Positions 26,493 through 40,139 are shown, counted from the first letter of the whole stretch. The stretch: 57,298 nucleotides of DNA, filler included, from Sphacelaria rigidula (GCA_964200075.2; 5 parts of 5 records of this genome joined end to end with filler, not necessarily neighbours in it); one strand, 5' to 3'. The notes: generated by a model from the letters alone, not told the origin. Numbers and translations are program-made.

Positions 26493-26921
26493 GAAGGGCA
26501 GGTCGAGTACAGTATACTCAATTGCCGGGTATTTTGAAAGTCGTACTTAAAGTACACAAGTTGGGGGTAGCGGTTTAGGGATCGCTTTCCAGTTATTTCT
26601 TGGGTATACGACTCCTGACACTCTACCCTCATTTGAGTACCTCAAGTACGTCTCGCAAAATACCGTAATTGTGCGAGTCATCGCACACCCCCTGCACCGA
26701 ATTGCTAAGCTCGATCCCTCCACAACAAATAAGAATATTAGTTCTGAAAAGGGTGATGCTGGAAAGATCCCGTCGATAGCTGTCCGAAAACGGGTCGTTT
26801 GGTATTGGCACCCTCTTCGTCATAGAGTAATCGAGCTTTGAAATTCGGTCCAGGGGGTGTGCGATGACCCACACAAGTACGGTACCCCGCAATTGACTAT
26901 ACTCTATTCGACCTGCCCTTG
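26493..26921. mobile_element. hAT-type MITE, opposite orientation, interrupted by a second MITE
   Basis: GAAGGGCAGGTCGAGTA...TTCGACCTGCCCTTG; flanks CAAAACTC and GAGAACTC look like a degenerate 8-bp TSD. Confidence 0.8.
26663..26882. mobile_element. Nested TA-targeting MITE
   Basis: TA|CCGTAATTGTGCGAGTCATCGCACACCCCCTG...CAGGGGGTGTGCGATGACCCACACAAGTACGG|TA; a partial copy lies at 22963-23070. Confidence 0.8.
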
Positions 26922-27123
26922 GAGAACTCGACACGTCAAAATCCGTAGTTGTACGCCGGGGTCTCGGTAGAGCGCACACCCTGGACAAACGATATTGTTT
27001 TCAAAAGTGTATTGCTGTGTGCAATATCGACTGCGATGTCTATCTCAGTAGACGATAGAGTAGTACGAAACGCAGTACATTTTTTTGACAGTCTTCTATC
27101 GTACAGGGTGCGGTCAAATGTTT

Positions 27124-27320
27124 CAAGGGCAGGTCGAGTAGAGGATACTCAATTGCGGGGTATTTTGCAAGACGTACCAGAGGCAGTCAAATTAGGGTAA
27201 AGTGTCAGGAGTTGTACCCCAAAAACAACCTGGAAATATATACCTGAAAGCCGACCCTCAATTTGTGTACTTTGAGTACGACTTTCAAAATGCCCCGCAC
27301 TTGAGTGTTGACGGTACTCG
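27124..27320. mobile_element. Third, degenerate copy of the hAT-type MITE
   Basis: Starts CAAGGGCAGGTCGAGTAG; internal sequence is homologous to the 25693 copy. Confidence 0.7.
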
Positions 27321-28538
27321 TGGAGATTACCCCAGTTGAAGAATCAACTCACGGTTGACATGCCTATACTATCGGTAACACCAACCCTAACCGTAAACCA
27401 CGGCATACGGAGAACACTCGGGCGAAGACCAAAGGGGGTGCTTAGAGGTGCCCTTGGTGAGGTGTGCGTTGGCAGACGTCAAATCGGCGCCGATTTGGAC
27501 GAAAATTTGCTCTGAGCACTCTTAGAGCAAGTACATGGGGCTGTCGGCCGAACCAAAGATCCGATCCTCGCTTCTCAGTCTCAAATGAAGGATCATCACC
27601 CCCCTGTAGCTTAGCTTGTACCCCACGTGGAATGAACTCCAACTCTACCGATGAAAACAAAGGGAAATCGTCTACATGTGTCCTCGTTCGACATTTTGAT
27701 TGATGCGTCTGTTTTCAAAATGCCAACACGATATATGCGAGATTCACATTTTCTGCTGCTGTATGTGACGTGTGACCTAACTGAACGGTGACCAGCGAGA
27801 CACGCTCTCTAGCTGCTTCATTTACTCCTGTTCCTACATACGACGTGGCCTGAAAAGTGAGGAGACAAGTTACCCGCCTAAATCCGAATATACCCGAAAG
27901 AAAATGCTTACGGATATGTAGCAAACAGGTGCTCTGAGAGATCTTGATGCAAACTTCTTCAAACAGCGTAACTGATGAATGACAACATCATACGTGTGCA
28001 ACTTCCAATCCGGGTAACCACCACCAGATCATCTACAATCTGTCATGTGTACATCATGTACAATTCTGTAAGCGGAATGTGATATCAGCGTCATGGTGGG
28101 GTGTGCCAGCCAAGCTTGGCGATATTTGCCGAAATGAACCACGTTGGATGACAACTTGGGTGGAGCCGGACCTGACTCTCCTCCACACAGAAAACGCTCC
28201 CGTGATCTGCAACACGTGAAATATATGTCTGGAGGAGAATGGTTGATGATAATAGAATGTCGTAATTTTGGATACGAATTTTGTCAAGCATGACCACACA
28301 GGCAGGAGACAGATACACTTTCAAGTTCGGTCAACCGATAGTCTTCTCTACTGCGCTCATGTGATGCGGGGCCTTCGCTGGATGCAATGCGGGGCCTTCG
28401 CTGTGTACGTGAGCATTCGTGCTCGAATGTATCTGTGGTAAGGACTCCCACATCATGGATGTGTTGAATGCCTTGTCCGCGAACGATAGAGGACTGGTTA
28501 CAGAACGAGCATCAGCCAGGAAACCTGGTCCCGTTCAA

Positions 28539-28636
28539 CCCTTAGACCGCGAGATTAGTCTTTCAGGATCATGCATACTTTTCTTCACTTGAAATTGATG
28601 CCGATTCAACAGACGACTAACCTCGCGGTCTAAGGG
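28539..28636. mobile_element. ~100-bp piggyBac-type MITE
   Basis: TCAA|CCCTTAGACCGCGAG...CTCGCGGTCTAAGGG|TTAA; CCCT/AGGG ends and a TTAA-like target. Confidence 0.8.
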
Positions 28637-28748
28637 TTAACAACGGGCGATATAAATACAAGAGCAGATGCCACATGGACCTCTTTGCTTACGTCGCAAC
28701 CCGCGAGATCTCCTGCAACGTGCACATATCACGATCTAGTATCTTGAA

Positions 28749-28849
28749 CCCTCGACCGTGATGCGGATGGTCCATCTGGATGACGTATACTTTTTCAAGT
28801 GGAATTGTGCACGATTCAGCAGGTAATATATACCCTCGCGGTCAAAGGG
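28749..28849. mobile_element. ~100-bp piggyBac-type MITE, second copy
   Basis: TGAA|CCCTCGACCG...CGCGGTCAAAGGG|TTAA; more decayed copies near 28870-28955, 31016-31133 and 34260-34342. Confidence 0.7.
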
Positions 28850-29800
28850 TTAACGCAAGCAGTAGATGGCGAGGGTAGGTCATCTGCTGAATCGCCATCT
28901 AACTCACTTGAAAAAGTATGGATGATCCAGGTGAACTACCCTCGCGGTCTAAAGATCAGGAGCGTCAAGAAGGACGTAGTGATCTTCAGGGGCACGGGCA
29001 GGTATTCCCAATCCGAACACACCATACGACCCTATTGAAGGACATGTGGGCCAAAACTCTGGAAAAGGTACGCCCACACCACGTTGATAAGTTTCAGCAA
29101 GTAGTGTGCCCCGATTGTTTGCTACCGCATCGTACCGTCTTCAGCAGTTGTCTGTAGTTCGACAGCGACCAGCACCTGACGACAGTCCCAAATAAATGCT
29201 GCTGTTACAGAATTCGTTGTTGAAAGTTGCACAATGGATCACCTCTTTACGAGCTTGCAACGAGCTATCCGTGACAGAATGATGCTGTGCACGAAAGCGA
29301 CACGTGAGCTTGCTTGTGCGGGAACATCGTACATGATAGATTGACATCGTGCTATGATCTCGACGCACGAAAATGTGCGTACAGTAGTGCTCACTTTCGT
29401 TCGATCATGGATGGTTGTGTCCAAACATTTGTCCGCTTGACGTGCAAAGTAAACATTTTGGCCCGTGTTTTCGATGCCTTCCTGCTCAATCAGTGGCACA
29501 CAAGTCTAGGGTCCGAAGCTCAGAGTGATACATCGTTGCGACCCCATTCAGAAACGAATATACCGAAACACGCGCGAAAGAAGTAGGGTATCTGTGAAAG
29601 AACCACGCACTGCATGCGTGGCGGCGCACTCTTGCACTTGAGAGAGAAGTCTCATCACCCAAACTGAAGTATACCGATTTACCACCTGAATTGCCGTATT
29701 ATTTCATTGGGCGATGTAGTTGTGGACGGATAGCGGCAATATCCGTTGTTGTTCATGTACTACACCGCGGACCTCGTATCCACCCCCTTGCCCTACCCAC

Positions 29801-29950
29801 CTGACTGTCACTGAAGCGTAGAGTACGGATGCATTCGCCGGTCGGCGGTTCCCAGAAATGGATGTTGTGGTCGTAACCTGCAGTGGCCAGTATCACAGCA
29901 TTGCGTCGATCTACCTGACGATCCACCTGCGCAGCATTGCCTTTGTCCAT
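29801..29950 (-). CDS. LST8: Target of rapamycin complex subunit LST8 (WD40), exon 1; rest of gene not found in this contig
   Basis: [69 protein letters not shown]...G.C.RT....DSQ is the characteristic LST8 N-terminus; 150 bp, phase 0 donor. Confidence 0.92.
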
Positions 29951-32900
29951 GTTGCCAATGCCTCAAACTATTGTGACGGTGTTGACAAGCAGAGAACACT
30001 GTTGATCCGCCAACCACGTCCTGCAACGAGTCAACAAAAGACGCACGTGTTCTTTCTGTAATGACCCGCGGATGTGCGGCGACCACGTGGTTTATTCTCC
30101 TAGGTGGAAAAGATCCGACACGAAGATCTCGTCGAAACGTCGGGACCTGTTCAACAACAGGGTCTCCGGGACGGTTTCAAGGTTGCTACAGGATATTTGT
30201 GTCTTCGTTTGTCCGGGAGTTTTTCAAAATTCTACCTACTTACGGTGGTACTGGACTGTTGTGTAATGGAACATCATACAGGAACAGTTATTCGTACAAA
30301 CCTCAGTCAGGTCCCAACTGTTGTAGTAGCGTCTGTTTCTGGCAAAAATGGAAATCGTAAATGTTACTGTTTATCTATCGAACCCATCGATTGACCATGG
30401 GAAAACTGCCGGCACTTCATGTCTCCTCTCGGTGTGACATGATCTGATCGATTTGATGTCGCATATCATGCCCTTTCCTCGGCGTCAATTGCTCTGATTA
30501 GCTCAATTTGTCGCACATCCATCCCTATTCGCTACTTTATTGTGGTCGGCGACAGAAAACAGCTGTGTGTGGTTGATGTCAACGACAGGCGATATTCCAT
30601 GAACAGGCGACTACGCCATACGTCCACGTCGAATGACTTCAGTTAATCTGTGCGACATGGATGAAATTTTCGGTACACTTTTCCCCTCTGGGTGATGAAG
30701 ATAGTAGCAGTTTCCAACCATGTACCACTGACGTGGTCGAGACGGACGAAGCATGTCCTACAGTTGTACTGTTGTACGAGGATTAGACAACAGTATCACC
30801 GTAACGGAACGTTAGTGCCGACGTTCGTGGTTGGTACCACTGATGGTGTTCATCTCACCGCATCTGAGGTCGTGTCTTGTCGGGCTGAAAAAGCAGCAAG
30901 GACGAAAGGAAGCGGTATTCAACAGCAGCGTGTTGCCGCGTCATCGCTGCGTGATGTTGCGGCGACCAGTTAGCGTGAGACGTGTCGACGCTTGCTTCAC
31001 TCTTCGCTGTTTGAACCCTTGGACCGCGGTGCGGGTAGCTCATATAGATCACAGCTTTAATCACACATATTGTTTTCAAGTGAATACTGATGCCGATTCA
31101 GCACCTGAGCTGATCTCCTCGTGGTCAAAAAGTCAAGTGTACGACCATCGTTGTTTCGCCATTATTGGAACAATGAGAATGAGCGGTGGAATCGTAAAAA
31201 TTTAGTCTGATGTGTCGATGCAATCCGTGTTCCTATAATTGCTTTCCTCGTTTCTGCACAAAAAGTCCAACGATTATGATTTGCCACCGACGGAAACGTG
31301 TGCTCGGTACTTCAACGCATACCCCGAAACCTGCAGATACAGATCAGGAGATACTCAGACTCGACGCCTGACACCTTCAGATCGAGTCACAGTCCAGCGT
31401 AGTATACGACGCATTTTTAAAGGTGACTTTGGTGAGATATTGGCCGAGCAGCAGGCAGCTGTGTTAACGATAGTCACAAATATTCTTGGTAAAAAGCGTC
31501 GGTTTGCAGTGACGCGTTTGTACTAGAACAGACAACGCTGGTTCAGCTGTAACCTATTGACACAAAAAGATCAGGAATTCGATGGGCTAATTGAGAACAA
31601 CTAACTGCGGTCTGAGCTATCGGGCGCTGCATCAAGCGCAGTATATCTCGTGATGACCTTGTGAACAACTTTGTTGGGATAGGGATTCCTGTTGCCCTTG
31701 GTTGATAATGTTACCCGTATATTCTCGCTGGATACTTGCAAATTCGCTCGGACCAAAACCGCGAAAACAAAATAATTGGCGCCGAATCAGTTCCGCCGCA
31801 TATTCATCCGGGTTGGCCCAAATTTTTTTTGATCAAGATACTCCCTCTCAGATCATCGTATCTTGCTCTTAACGATTATACACTTCTAATTTAAAGTTTT
31901 CTTCAAGCGACCATCCATCATCCGTGCATCGGCAAATTTGACCGAAGTAGCAATCGAATTTCGCGAAACTCACCCAAAGTAAAAATTGTTTTATAGTAGC
32001 TGACACCCCATGTTGTCGGCTATTGTGCGTGTACGCCGTTAGTACAACTTGTGAGCAGAACGATCGATACAATGCCGGCCGACAGCATCATGTGATAGAC
32101 AGCCACCGCAGATACGCAACACTTTCGCTGGCATATTCAAATTTGCGCGCATCCCTCCTGTACCAGAGTAAATGATCCGGATTTTTCGGCTGTTTCGCCA
32201 ACAGTAACGAACGTTATCGAACCGCAGTAACGAAGGCGGCTCGGGAAGGCGGGACTAGAGGGAGGGCACACCAACAACAGGTTTTTGAAACGCGCACACA
32301 GATGCATACCCACGCACACAAATATACAAGATAGGAATGCACAACCAAGCATGCAATGTACAGCAGAGCAGCAGCAATAGCAGCAGCACGTAATCTTGGT
32401 GCAGTAGGTGTGCCTGCAAAGATCTACCGAGTATCTGATGCCTCGATAGCATTACAGTATCATACTTGCTGCACATTTCCAAACTGGAGTAGTAGTGCCT
32501 CCAACGCGACTATCTCGAAAACAACCGTGCTTCTGGGGGGGGAAATGCGCAAGATTCGCCACAACAATAGTACATAACACTAGTATAGTGCCGCACACAC
32601 CGTATGTTTGCTTTCTCGGGAGGGGGTGGTTTCACCGCAAAATCAAGCGCAACGAGCCACAGACATTGCTGTTGCACTGTTTTATCCTGACTGCTGCAAT
32701 TCATTCCATTATTGTCGTATTCAAAAGGATACCACGATACTACATACTGCTATTGCCCAAGATCACGATCACCTGAAGTGGATAAAGTCTGTTCGAAAAC
32801 TTGGGGGAAACACGGAGCATCGTTACAGATGAAAGAGGTAAGAAACGCAAAAATACGAAACACAAGAGCACGAAACACACGGCGCGCAGCATTACCGATG

Positions 32901-34342
32901 GCCTCTGCGCAAAAAACAAGCACCGTGTATGTCTCCAACCTGATGACGTACTCTACAGATTGCCGTGCTGCATGACTACGATAGACGCTTGTACATTCAG
33001 TTGGAACAAATCCTTCCGAATGACGATTCGGACTACAGGGAGAAAATTCACTGACCACAATTTCCCGCCCTTGCTTTCACGTAACGACAAGCGCGTATAA
33101 ATGTCCGCTGCGCAGCTGTCTTGGCTCTCCTTTCTAGGGAAGTGGTTCGTTCGCGCGCGAAGGTAGCTAGGAAGTGATGATACCGCGCTATTTCGCTCAG
33201 GACGGGACTGCAGGTAACCCTTCTATCGCCTGGCGGGGAATTGACGTGCAGATTAATTATATACCCGAAAATATAGGAAGACTGTTGCATCGAAGTTTTG
33301 TGGGGGGAAATTGTGTTCGAAGAGATACTGGATACTGGATTAGAGTACGAACTCTAAACGGACAGGTGTGAGATTTGAGATCTGAGATTTGAGATCGAAA
33401 AGTAGGCCCTTTTACGAGCTGCCGCTGTTCTACGTACTGTTGTCGCGTTCTGACTCGCGCGCTGTTGCGTTGTTCCACTCTAGTGTGGTACTGTTGCACC
33501 ACCATGGACATGCATTGTGTTATCTGACTGCACTCATATTATTCACTGTATACATGTATAGCACGTGCTGCCGGCAACAATTATGCCTGCTTGCCTGCAG
33601 ATTCTATGGAATATGGTGAACGTGTTCACCAATAGTCGCGGTAGAATCTAGATGACGACTGAATCAAAAACATATGCGACTATGGTCGCCTGTACGTATG
33701 ACTAGCGAGTGAAAAAATCCGACGACCGTACGCAGTCGCCTGCGGAAACGACTAGTGGGGGCGGGTGTATTAACGGGTGCTATAGTGACGGGTCTATTTT
33801 CTCATGAATCTCCGAGTTGAAAATAAACCCGTTTTCTCCGAAAATTTTAAAGAGAGCGGATTTCGTGAACAGGTCAGAGAACAGATCAATCCAAGACGGA
33901 AAAAAATAGACTTCTTCGAAAAACCCAGCATCCGATTTCCCCCCCGACGTCTCCCATCTTTTTCTTTGAACATGTCGGGAGCGAAATTCAATTGTCGAAA
34001 AAAAAAAGAATCGTCTCGTTAATGAAACCCCCGACTAGCCCATCCCGCCCCCATCCCCTCCCCGATTTCTCCGATATTGTCGGACAGTTCCTTCTTTCTC
34101 CGAACAGTACGAGAGCAGGCTTCATTGGCAGTTCAGGCGATAGATCGATTCAACACTTGGACGGCGAGTGTGTGCAGGTCATGTTTTGAACCAGCATCAA
34201 TTCCCCTTGGAAAATGTACGCATGCTCCAGGTGGGCTACCCTCGCAGTGTATAATGGTTGACCTCAGACCGCGAGGGCAGTCCAGCTTGAAACAGCCGAT
34301 CATCTATGTTGAGGATGGTCCTTTTCATTGAGGATGAGAACC

Positions 34343-34442
34343 NNNNNNNNNNNNNNNNNNNNNNNNNNNNNNNNNNNNNNNNNNNNTTAATTAATTAANN
34401 NNNNNNNNNNNNNNNNNNNNNNNNNNNNNNNNNNNNNNNNNN
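34343..34442. other. Artificial contig linker
   Basis: N44-TTAATTAATTAA-N44. Confidence 0.99.
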
Positions 34443-34996
34443 TCGAAAGGGAAGCGTGGTCAATGGTCAAATGACTAAGGCAAGCAACAAATGAGTACGC
34501 CCCCCCCCCCCCACGCGCGCCTATAGTAATGCGTGGTCAATGGTCAAAAGACTAAGGTAAGCAACAAATGAGTACCCCCCCGATGACTCCTGACAGCGTT
34601 CAACATTGAAGCAGAACAGCAAAAAGACGTATCTACGCGTACAGCATACTGTGCGCTTTCGGGAAGGGCTAAATTCATTGGGGGGGATTTGTCGACGGCA
34701 TATTTGTCATGGAAGTTCATATATCAGAATATCTCCATACAACCAAGAGCGGTTTGACTCCTTAACCTTCTACTGATCGGTGCCCTGTGCAATAAGCCGA
34801 GTTTCAGGTCTAGCCTCCAGTATTGCTCTTGCTTACTGCGCTGCAGTTCTGTAGTCCAGGCATTTGTGTGTGAATCACAACTGACGCCCATGTCTTCGAC
34901 TCGAAAGCGAGCTCATGCGGTAGGAAAATTCAGACGGAATTGCTCGGCACCCCGATCCTTTATACGAGGGGACGGCGCCGGGTCTGTGATACGTAC

Positions 34997-35085
34997 TTGC
35001 GGTGATTGGCGAGGTGCGCGCTTTGGTTGGCCGCTTGTTGATCGAGAAGCAGCAGAGTAAGCTCGGTTGATCGTCGCGTAGCTTC
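34997..35085 (-). CDS. Gene A exon 8 (coiled coil); no later exon or stop found before the contig end
   Basis: CTAAT branch point, CAG|EATRRSTELTLLLLDQQAANQSAHLANHR(K)|GTACGT; phase 0/2. Confidence 0.6.
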
Positions 35086-36169
35086 CTGTCATATTAGCCG
35101 GAGTTATGACGCGATACATGGAGAAATTCATCAGATGTTGTATTTTTTGTCAATATGACAAGTGCCGATGAACGTTCGCGCGGGAGGCGCCCATACCGAA
35201 GACACATTCAACGTAAAATCATGTATCTGCATGTCACTGGAGTCTGGGTGAGGAGTGTTTGTGACTCAGGATCCCACTGTTGGGCACTCTTCGCGAAGTG
35301 TGATTGGAGTGTGAGATAGTAATCATTGTCCCCGATAAAGAGAGAGAGACAGGGGGTAAAGCAAAATTTTATAATGTCAAGTGCACTTTACGCACAAATA
35401 GTGCAGCAATTGCCAGGTAGACGAATGTTAATCGGAAAAAATATCAGTGGTGTATATCGAAAACCATGGTGTACACAACGGTCAAAGCATAGGTGGAAGA
35501 ACGTTCGAACAGAAGAACGAGTAATATACCCCAGGCAAGATGTAGGCAAAGACTGACTGTAGGAAGAACACCCCATGACGTTCGATCAAAATCAAGGCCG
35601 TGAGTTCAACCATCGACGGTGGTCACCATACGAGAACCGCGTGACTCCGTTCGGTTTTGAAAAGCAAAGTACACAGCGAAGGTGTGTCCCGACAATGAAG
35701 GCCGCCTGATTTTTCATTCGACTGGGTATCGCGAATCGGACTAAGACAGGCCGAGATCCCGTAGAAATGCCTCAGGGCTTGAAGAAAAACGTTCCAGACG
35801 CGCCTTTGTAGTGTATCCACTACACTCCGTTCCGAAGGTAACGTGCGCCATGTTCGTGGAGACACTTTCAAGCCTCGGACGATATGATCTCTTGTCTTTC
35901 CGGAGTTCCGCAAGTGACCATACAAAGTGATCCTACCATGTAATCCAACTGGGGAAGCGGGGAAGGGGCGCCCAATCGTACGACACGACGTGCTTCGTTC
36001 ATGTGCTACACGACTTCAAACGGTCGTTTTGCGCGTGTATGTGGATACTTGAATTGTCAAGCGTCGTGATTGCTCGTCTTCTACTGACACCAAAAGTGAA
36101 TATTTCTGCTTGAAGCGGCACTTTGAAGTGGCTGACTTCACCGACTTCTTCGTGCAAGAAGTGACTGAA

Positions 36170-36234
36170 CCCCCCCCCCCCCCCCCCACCCCCCCCCGGC
36201 CCCCCCCCTCCCCCGCCCCCCCCCCCCCCCCCCC
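36170..36234. repeat. Poly-C tract
   Basis: Near-homopolymer in a gene A intron. Confidence 0.95.
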
Positions 36235-37022
36235 GCTTCCATTTTGAAGTCACGGCTGCTTTATCGCAGTGCATGATGAGTCCCAAAGTTTGTTGAAAAT
36301 CGGTGGTGTCAACAAAGCCGGCGGAAAATTGGCCGTTTTGGCCGTTTTCCAAATTATCCGGCGGAAGAGTGAAAACTTCTCAACATGACCAAGATGGGCC
36401 AACTTTAAACTCACGTTTGCCATGCGGCACATGTTAAAAACAGATATCTCAACAGTTTATACTAACGCACAAGAACTGAGCGTTTGTGAGATTCTTTGTT
36501 AGCCAGTACCTCAGTCTCCACCGCGGTCACGCGACAGTGCACCCAACTCCATGTATTGAGCAAAATTCTGCACATACGGCGCTAACTAGTATCAAACATG
36601 TGCCACAGGCCGTGCGAGTCTCGTTCGTGGTTTTGATAGAATAGGTGAGACACTGGCTTGGAGGCAAGCAAACGCTGGGATCATCCTAATATTTTTTGGC
36701 TCAACTAGCAATCTCAGATTCACCCCGGGAGCATAGCAGATATCCCGCCTAAAAATGCCATTGTTCCCAAATGCGTCTACTTCAAGGCTACGGTATTCCT
36801 GCAGAAGGCTATCGAAATAATGAGTTTCCAGATTAAACAAAATTCCCACAAAAATCGCTTTCGAATGATCCCATTGAAATTTTCACGAATCGCCCTAAGA
36901 ATCACAGATATGAGCAAGCGATCGTATCGCACTTTACTCGTCGGACCGAGAAATATTCATATATTTACACAGGTATGTAAGTATTTACGAATCGCACAAC
37001 GACCAAAACTGAAAATGGTCAC

Positions 37023-37145
37023 CTCTTCTTTGTCCCGCTCGAATACTTCCCGATATTCAATCTCCAGAGCATGCACAGTCAGGTTGAGATGCTCCTCACT
37101 ACGTGCCCTTGCCAGTTCCAGCTCCCTCTCGCTTGTGGCCAACGT
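37023..37145 (-). CDS. Gene A exon 7 (coiled coil)
   Basis: TAG|TLATSERELELARARSEEHLNLTVHALEIEYREVFERDKEE|GTGACC; phase 0/0. Confidence 0.7.
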
Positions 37146-37893
37146 CTAACGGGGGTAGTTCCGCAAAGGAGTCTATCTAAGACGTCACGTGCAGAGGTTT
37201 CTTTATTCGGGTCAACACCTGGTCAACGTCTGCTTAGAATCAGAAACTGCAGCTCACATTCTAACTGCTCGTTTGTCCGATTTGAGAGGGTTTGCATTCC
37301 GTCGCTTCACCCTATGAAAATCAATCTCGAAGATACGGCAGATGTACGGAGAGGAAGGTTGACAAGCAGTTTACTCTCGCTCCTGTCACACAGTCATGAC
37401 ATTATACACCGGTTCTCCGGGGAAATCCGGGAAACGCGACCGATGGTATCGTAGTGTTCAGTGTTATGAACGATCGTCTAAACGATACACCGGAATGGTA
37501 TTTCAACCACCTCGGGGTATATTCCATTTTTTGTGATATTGTGACACTTTCTACGATAGCCCCCCCCCAAAACCAGCCAAAAGTGTCACAAAACAAATGA
37601 GCATACAGCGCCTGATGTTTGGGTTCAGGCTGCATGGAGCACCTCATATTGGCTCAACACTGGCTAGAACGAACCCAACCGTGAAAATCCCCAGCTGCTC
37701 GTTGTGTTCGGCTTTTCCCATTTCGATTTGCGTGAAGATTTTGCCTCCCGCACCATGCACTTTCTTGGGGGAGCTATCGTAGAAAGTGTCTTGTACTCAC
37801 ACTTTTGCCCATGAAATATACACAACCATCGTTGGAAATATACAGAACCATCGTTGGAACGGCACAGCTAATCACGGTCAAAATGTTCATCAC

Positions 37894-37962
37894 CTGGTTG
37901 TGCCTGAACTGCAGCGACCTCCGGCGCTCTTGCCCTACTGTTTTCTCGAATGCAATCATTGT
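37894..37962 (-). CDS. Gene A exon 6
   Basis: CAG|TMIAFEKTVGQERRRSLQFRHNQ|GTGATG; phase 0/0. Confidence 0.6.
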
Positions 37963-38393
37963 CTGGTCGTGTGTTTGTTCAACAGACACAAACCACGCGG
38001 AAAGTGGGGTAGTTCGTTGACAGCCAGTTGCACCGGGCGGATGCACACTACAAGGAACTCCATACACCTGGTGCACGGTACTCGCAGTTGAAGTATGATT
38101 GGTGAGAATGAACGCTTTGATCAAGACATCAAGACAGAAAAATATTGTCGATTGATCGTGACGCACACACCACCTATTGGCCGCCATTATAGCGATGCGG
38201 TTTTCGACATGAATCGCGTGGGTGAACAGATGTCCACGTCCACCGGTTCATTTACATAAGGCTCTGTACAAAACATGAAATACCATTCGGTTGATGATTA
38301 TCAACCTTCGTCAGGATGGCCTACCTGCCGAATGTTCCATATTCGTTGGAAAGTACAAGAACATACGTTACAGGGTACAGCACCCCTACCCAC

Positions 38394-38503
38394 CGCCATA
38401 ATGTCACGTTCGAGTTCTGAAACTGCTGCTAAATCCCGCAGGCGAGCGGCAGGTTGCCACTCCATTCCTTGTCTTTCCATCAGTCTCGTCATTTTAGATA
38501 AGG
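38394..38503 (-). CDS. Gene A exon 5 (helical)
   Basis: Long pyrimidine tract, CAG|(A)LSKMTRLMERQGMEWQPAARLRDLAAVSELERDIMA|GTGGGT; phase 1/0. Confidence 0.72.
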
Positions 38504-39375
38504 CTGCCGGACAGCGTCAAAAAGAGCAAAGACGACGACGATGAAAAAGAGAAAACCATTACTGCCTGAGGCGGACCTTGATTGTGTCGAGTACGCTGTC
38601 TTGGTGAACCCTGACGCGTGCCACACTGCGTGTATCTGTGCTCCAGCTATGAAATCAACCAAGTACCCATATTTCGCGTATTTGGAGCTCTTACAATGAA
38701 TCAATGAAAAACTTTCATCCCCAAAAGTTGTATATAGCAATAGGAACATGCGAATTTGTAAACGAGGAGGTAGGGAGTTTTTTACCCCAACAGAAACGCG
38801 AGATTTTCTGCGGACTGAACGGACGTGTGTGGCGAAAAATTCGTGCTAACACTCTATCGTAAAATCGTGTCCTTATTAATCGGCTTGCGAGTCGTTTGGC
38901 ACCCCGTGTTTCTCTCGATGGCTGTGGTGCTTACTAGCGACAGAGTTGTGCGTGTCGTTGGGAATAGTTTGGCGGAGACGTGCCGGCTAGTGTGGTGAGT
39001 TTGAGCCGTGCTCACCCAGATGCATTGCGTTCTCAATACGTCTACACCGCTGGTACAACATCAATTGGGGGTTGAGAGATTGTGCTCGTTATGCCAGGGC
39101 ATCAAGTGCGTTCTCGATGCCGCGAACGGACGCATAGCGACCTTTACAGCGGCACACGGCAGAGTCTCATGTGAAGAGGCTATTGCCCCAGCTACAAGAG
39201 TCAAACTGCATGAGATAGAGGTGATCGCCCGGCCATAACATGACAGTTACTGTACAAAAGTGAAGGAAGCACTGGGTTCGGCATCAAAACTGTGACGACC
39301 ATGACAGACATTTAAACTGATTCCGAGGCTTTCCCTTTCAATAGATTCAGGTCAGTCCTTCCGCGATGTGCTCAC

Positions 39376-39442
39376 CGTCTCCAGATTTCGCTCCCAGGTT
39401 GAAGACACTGTTCTCTAGTCCGTTGAGTCTCCTAGCCAGCTC
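39376..39442 (-). CDS. Gene A exon 4: ICA terminal helix / coiled coil
   Basis: CAG|ELARRLNGLENSVFNLGAKSGD|GTGAGC; phase 0/1; TQ-ELARRLNGLE matches the end of ICA domains. Confidence 0.75.
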
Positions 39443-39926
39443 CTGGCGATTATGACGTGGTATATTCCATGGTGAGTAACAATGATGGTCTAAGTTCAAA
39501 CGGATTGCACCTCCAGCAGAGTATAGTACCTGAAATATAGGCATGCGAAACACATGGAGTTCGCTGATGCTTGATAAAATCTAAATTGAGAGTCAACCTG
39601 TTGATACTGCTGCTTCTGAGGTACGTTTGGAGGGCTTATCAAGATGCTGGATTGCTCTTTTGGCACCTGTCATCAAAGTGATTCCCCCGTTCAGAGATGC
39701 CGACAGCAAACATTTCTGCTCGGAAGCCCTCCAGTAGCAGTCCCTGACATCCTGCCCAGTCGACTTTCGAACAGTCAGCGTTGCTCGCACGAAAACATTG
39801 CTAGCTACAGTACAGGTATGGAAACAAACAGAACACCCAGCTGACACCACCCGCAACAGAATGAGGTTGAGGCTCAGACATTACAACCGTTTGCTAGCAT
39901 ATTCGCGTCGTTGAATGCGCACCTAC

Positions 39927-40139
39927 CTGCGTCACAGTAACTGTGTGACTGAACAGATACGTCCAATCTACATTCGGAACACCATCCACTTTGGTGCGAG
40001 AACCATTCGGCAGTGTCACCGGAAGGGTAAACGTCGAGAACGCTTCGGGTATGAGGGTTGCCACGTCCGGAGGTAAGACGCCCAGCCGGCGCCGACCTTC
40101 TCGCTTGTCGTACATGAATGTGTAGTAGCTTAATCGGGC
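39927..40139 (-). CDS. Gene A exon 3: core of Peptidase S74/ICA-like (MYRF-type) domain
   Basis: CAG|ARLSYYTFMYDKREGRRRLGVLPPDVATLIPEAFSTFTLPVTLPNGSRTKVDGVPNVDWTYLFSHTVTVTQ|GTAGGT; resembles the MYRF GVIAQEV..ILPEAV...NG......V....IF...V..V.EL pattern; phase 0/0. Confidence 0.8.

Noticed and set aside
35623-35925. Gypsy integrase zinc-finger remnant (GHLRNSGKTRDHIVR)
   Set aside because: Too short and degenerate to call
36718-36798. Possible gene A exon EYRSLEVDAFGNNG...
   Set aside because: Splice-compatible, but its composition breaks the coiled coil; cannot be supported without transcripts
38990-39145. Extra gene A exons (GRYASVRGIENALDALA*; RCRRIENAMHL)
   Set aside because: One contains a stop and the other starts in an incompatible phase; exon 4 joins exon 5 in phase without them
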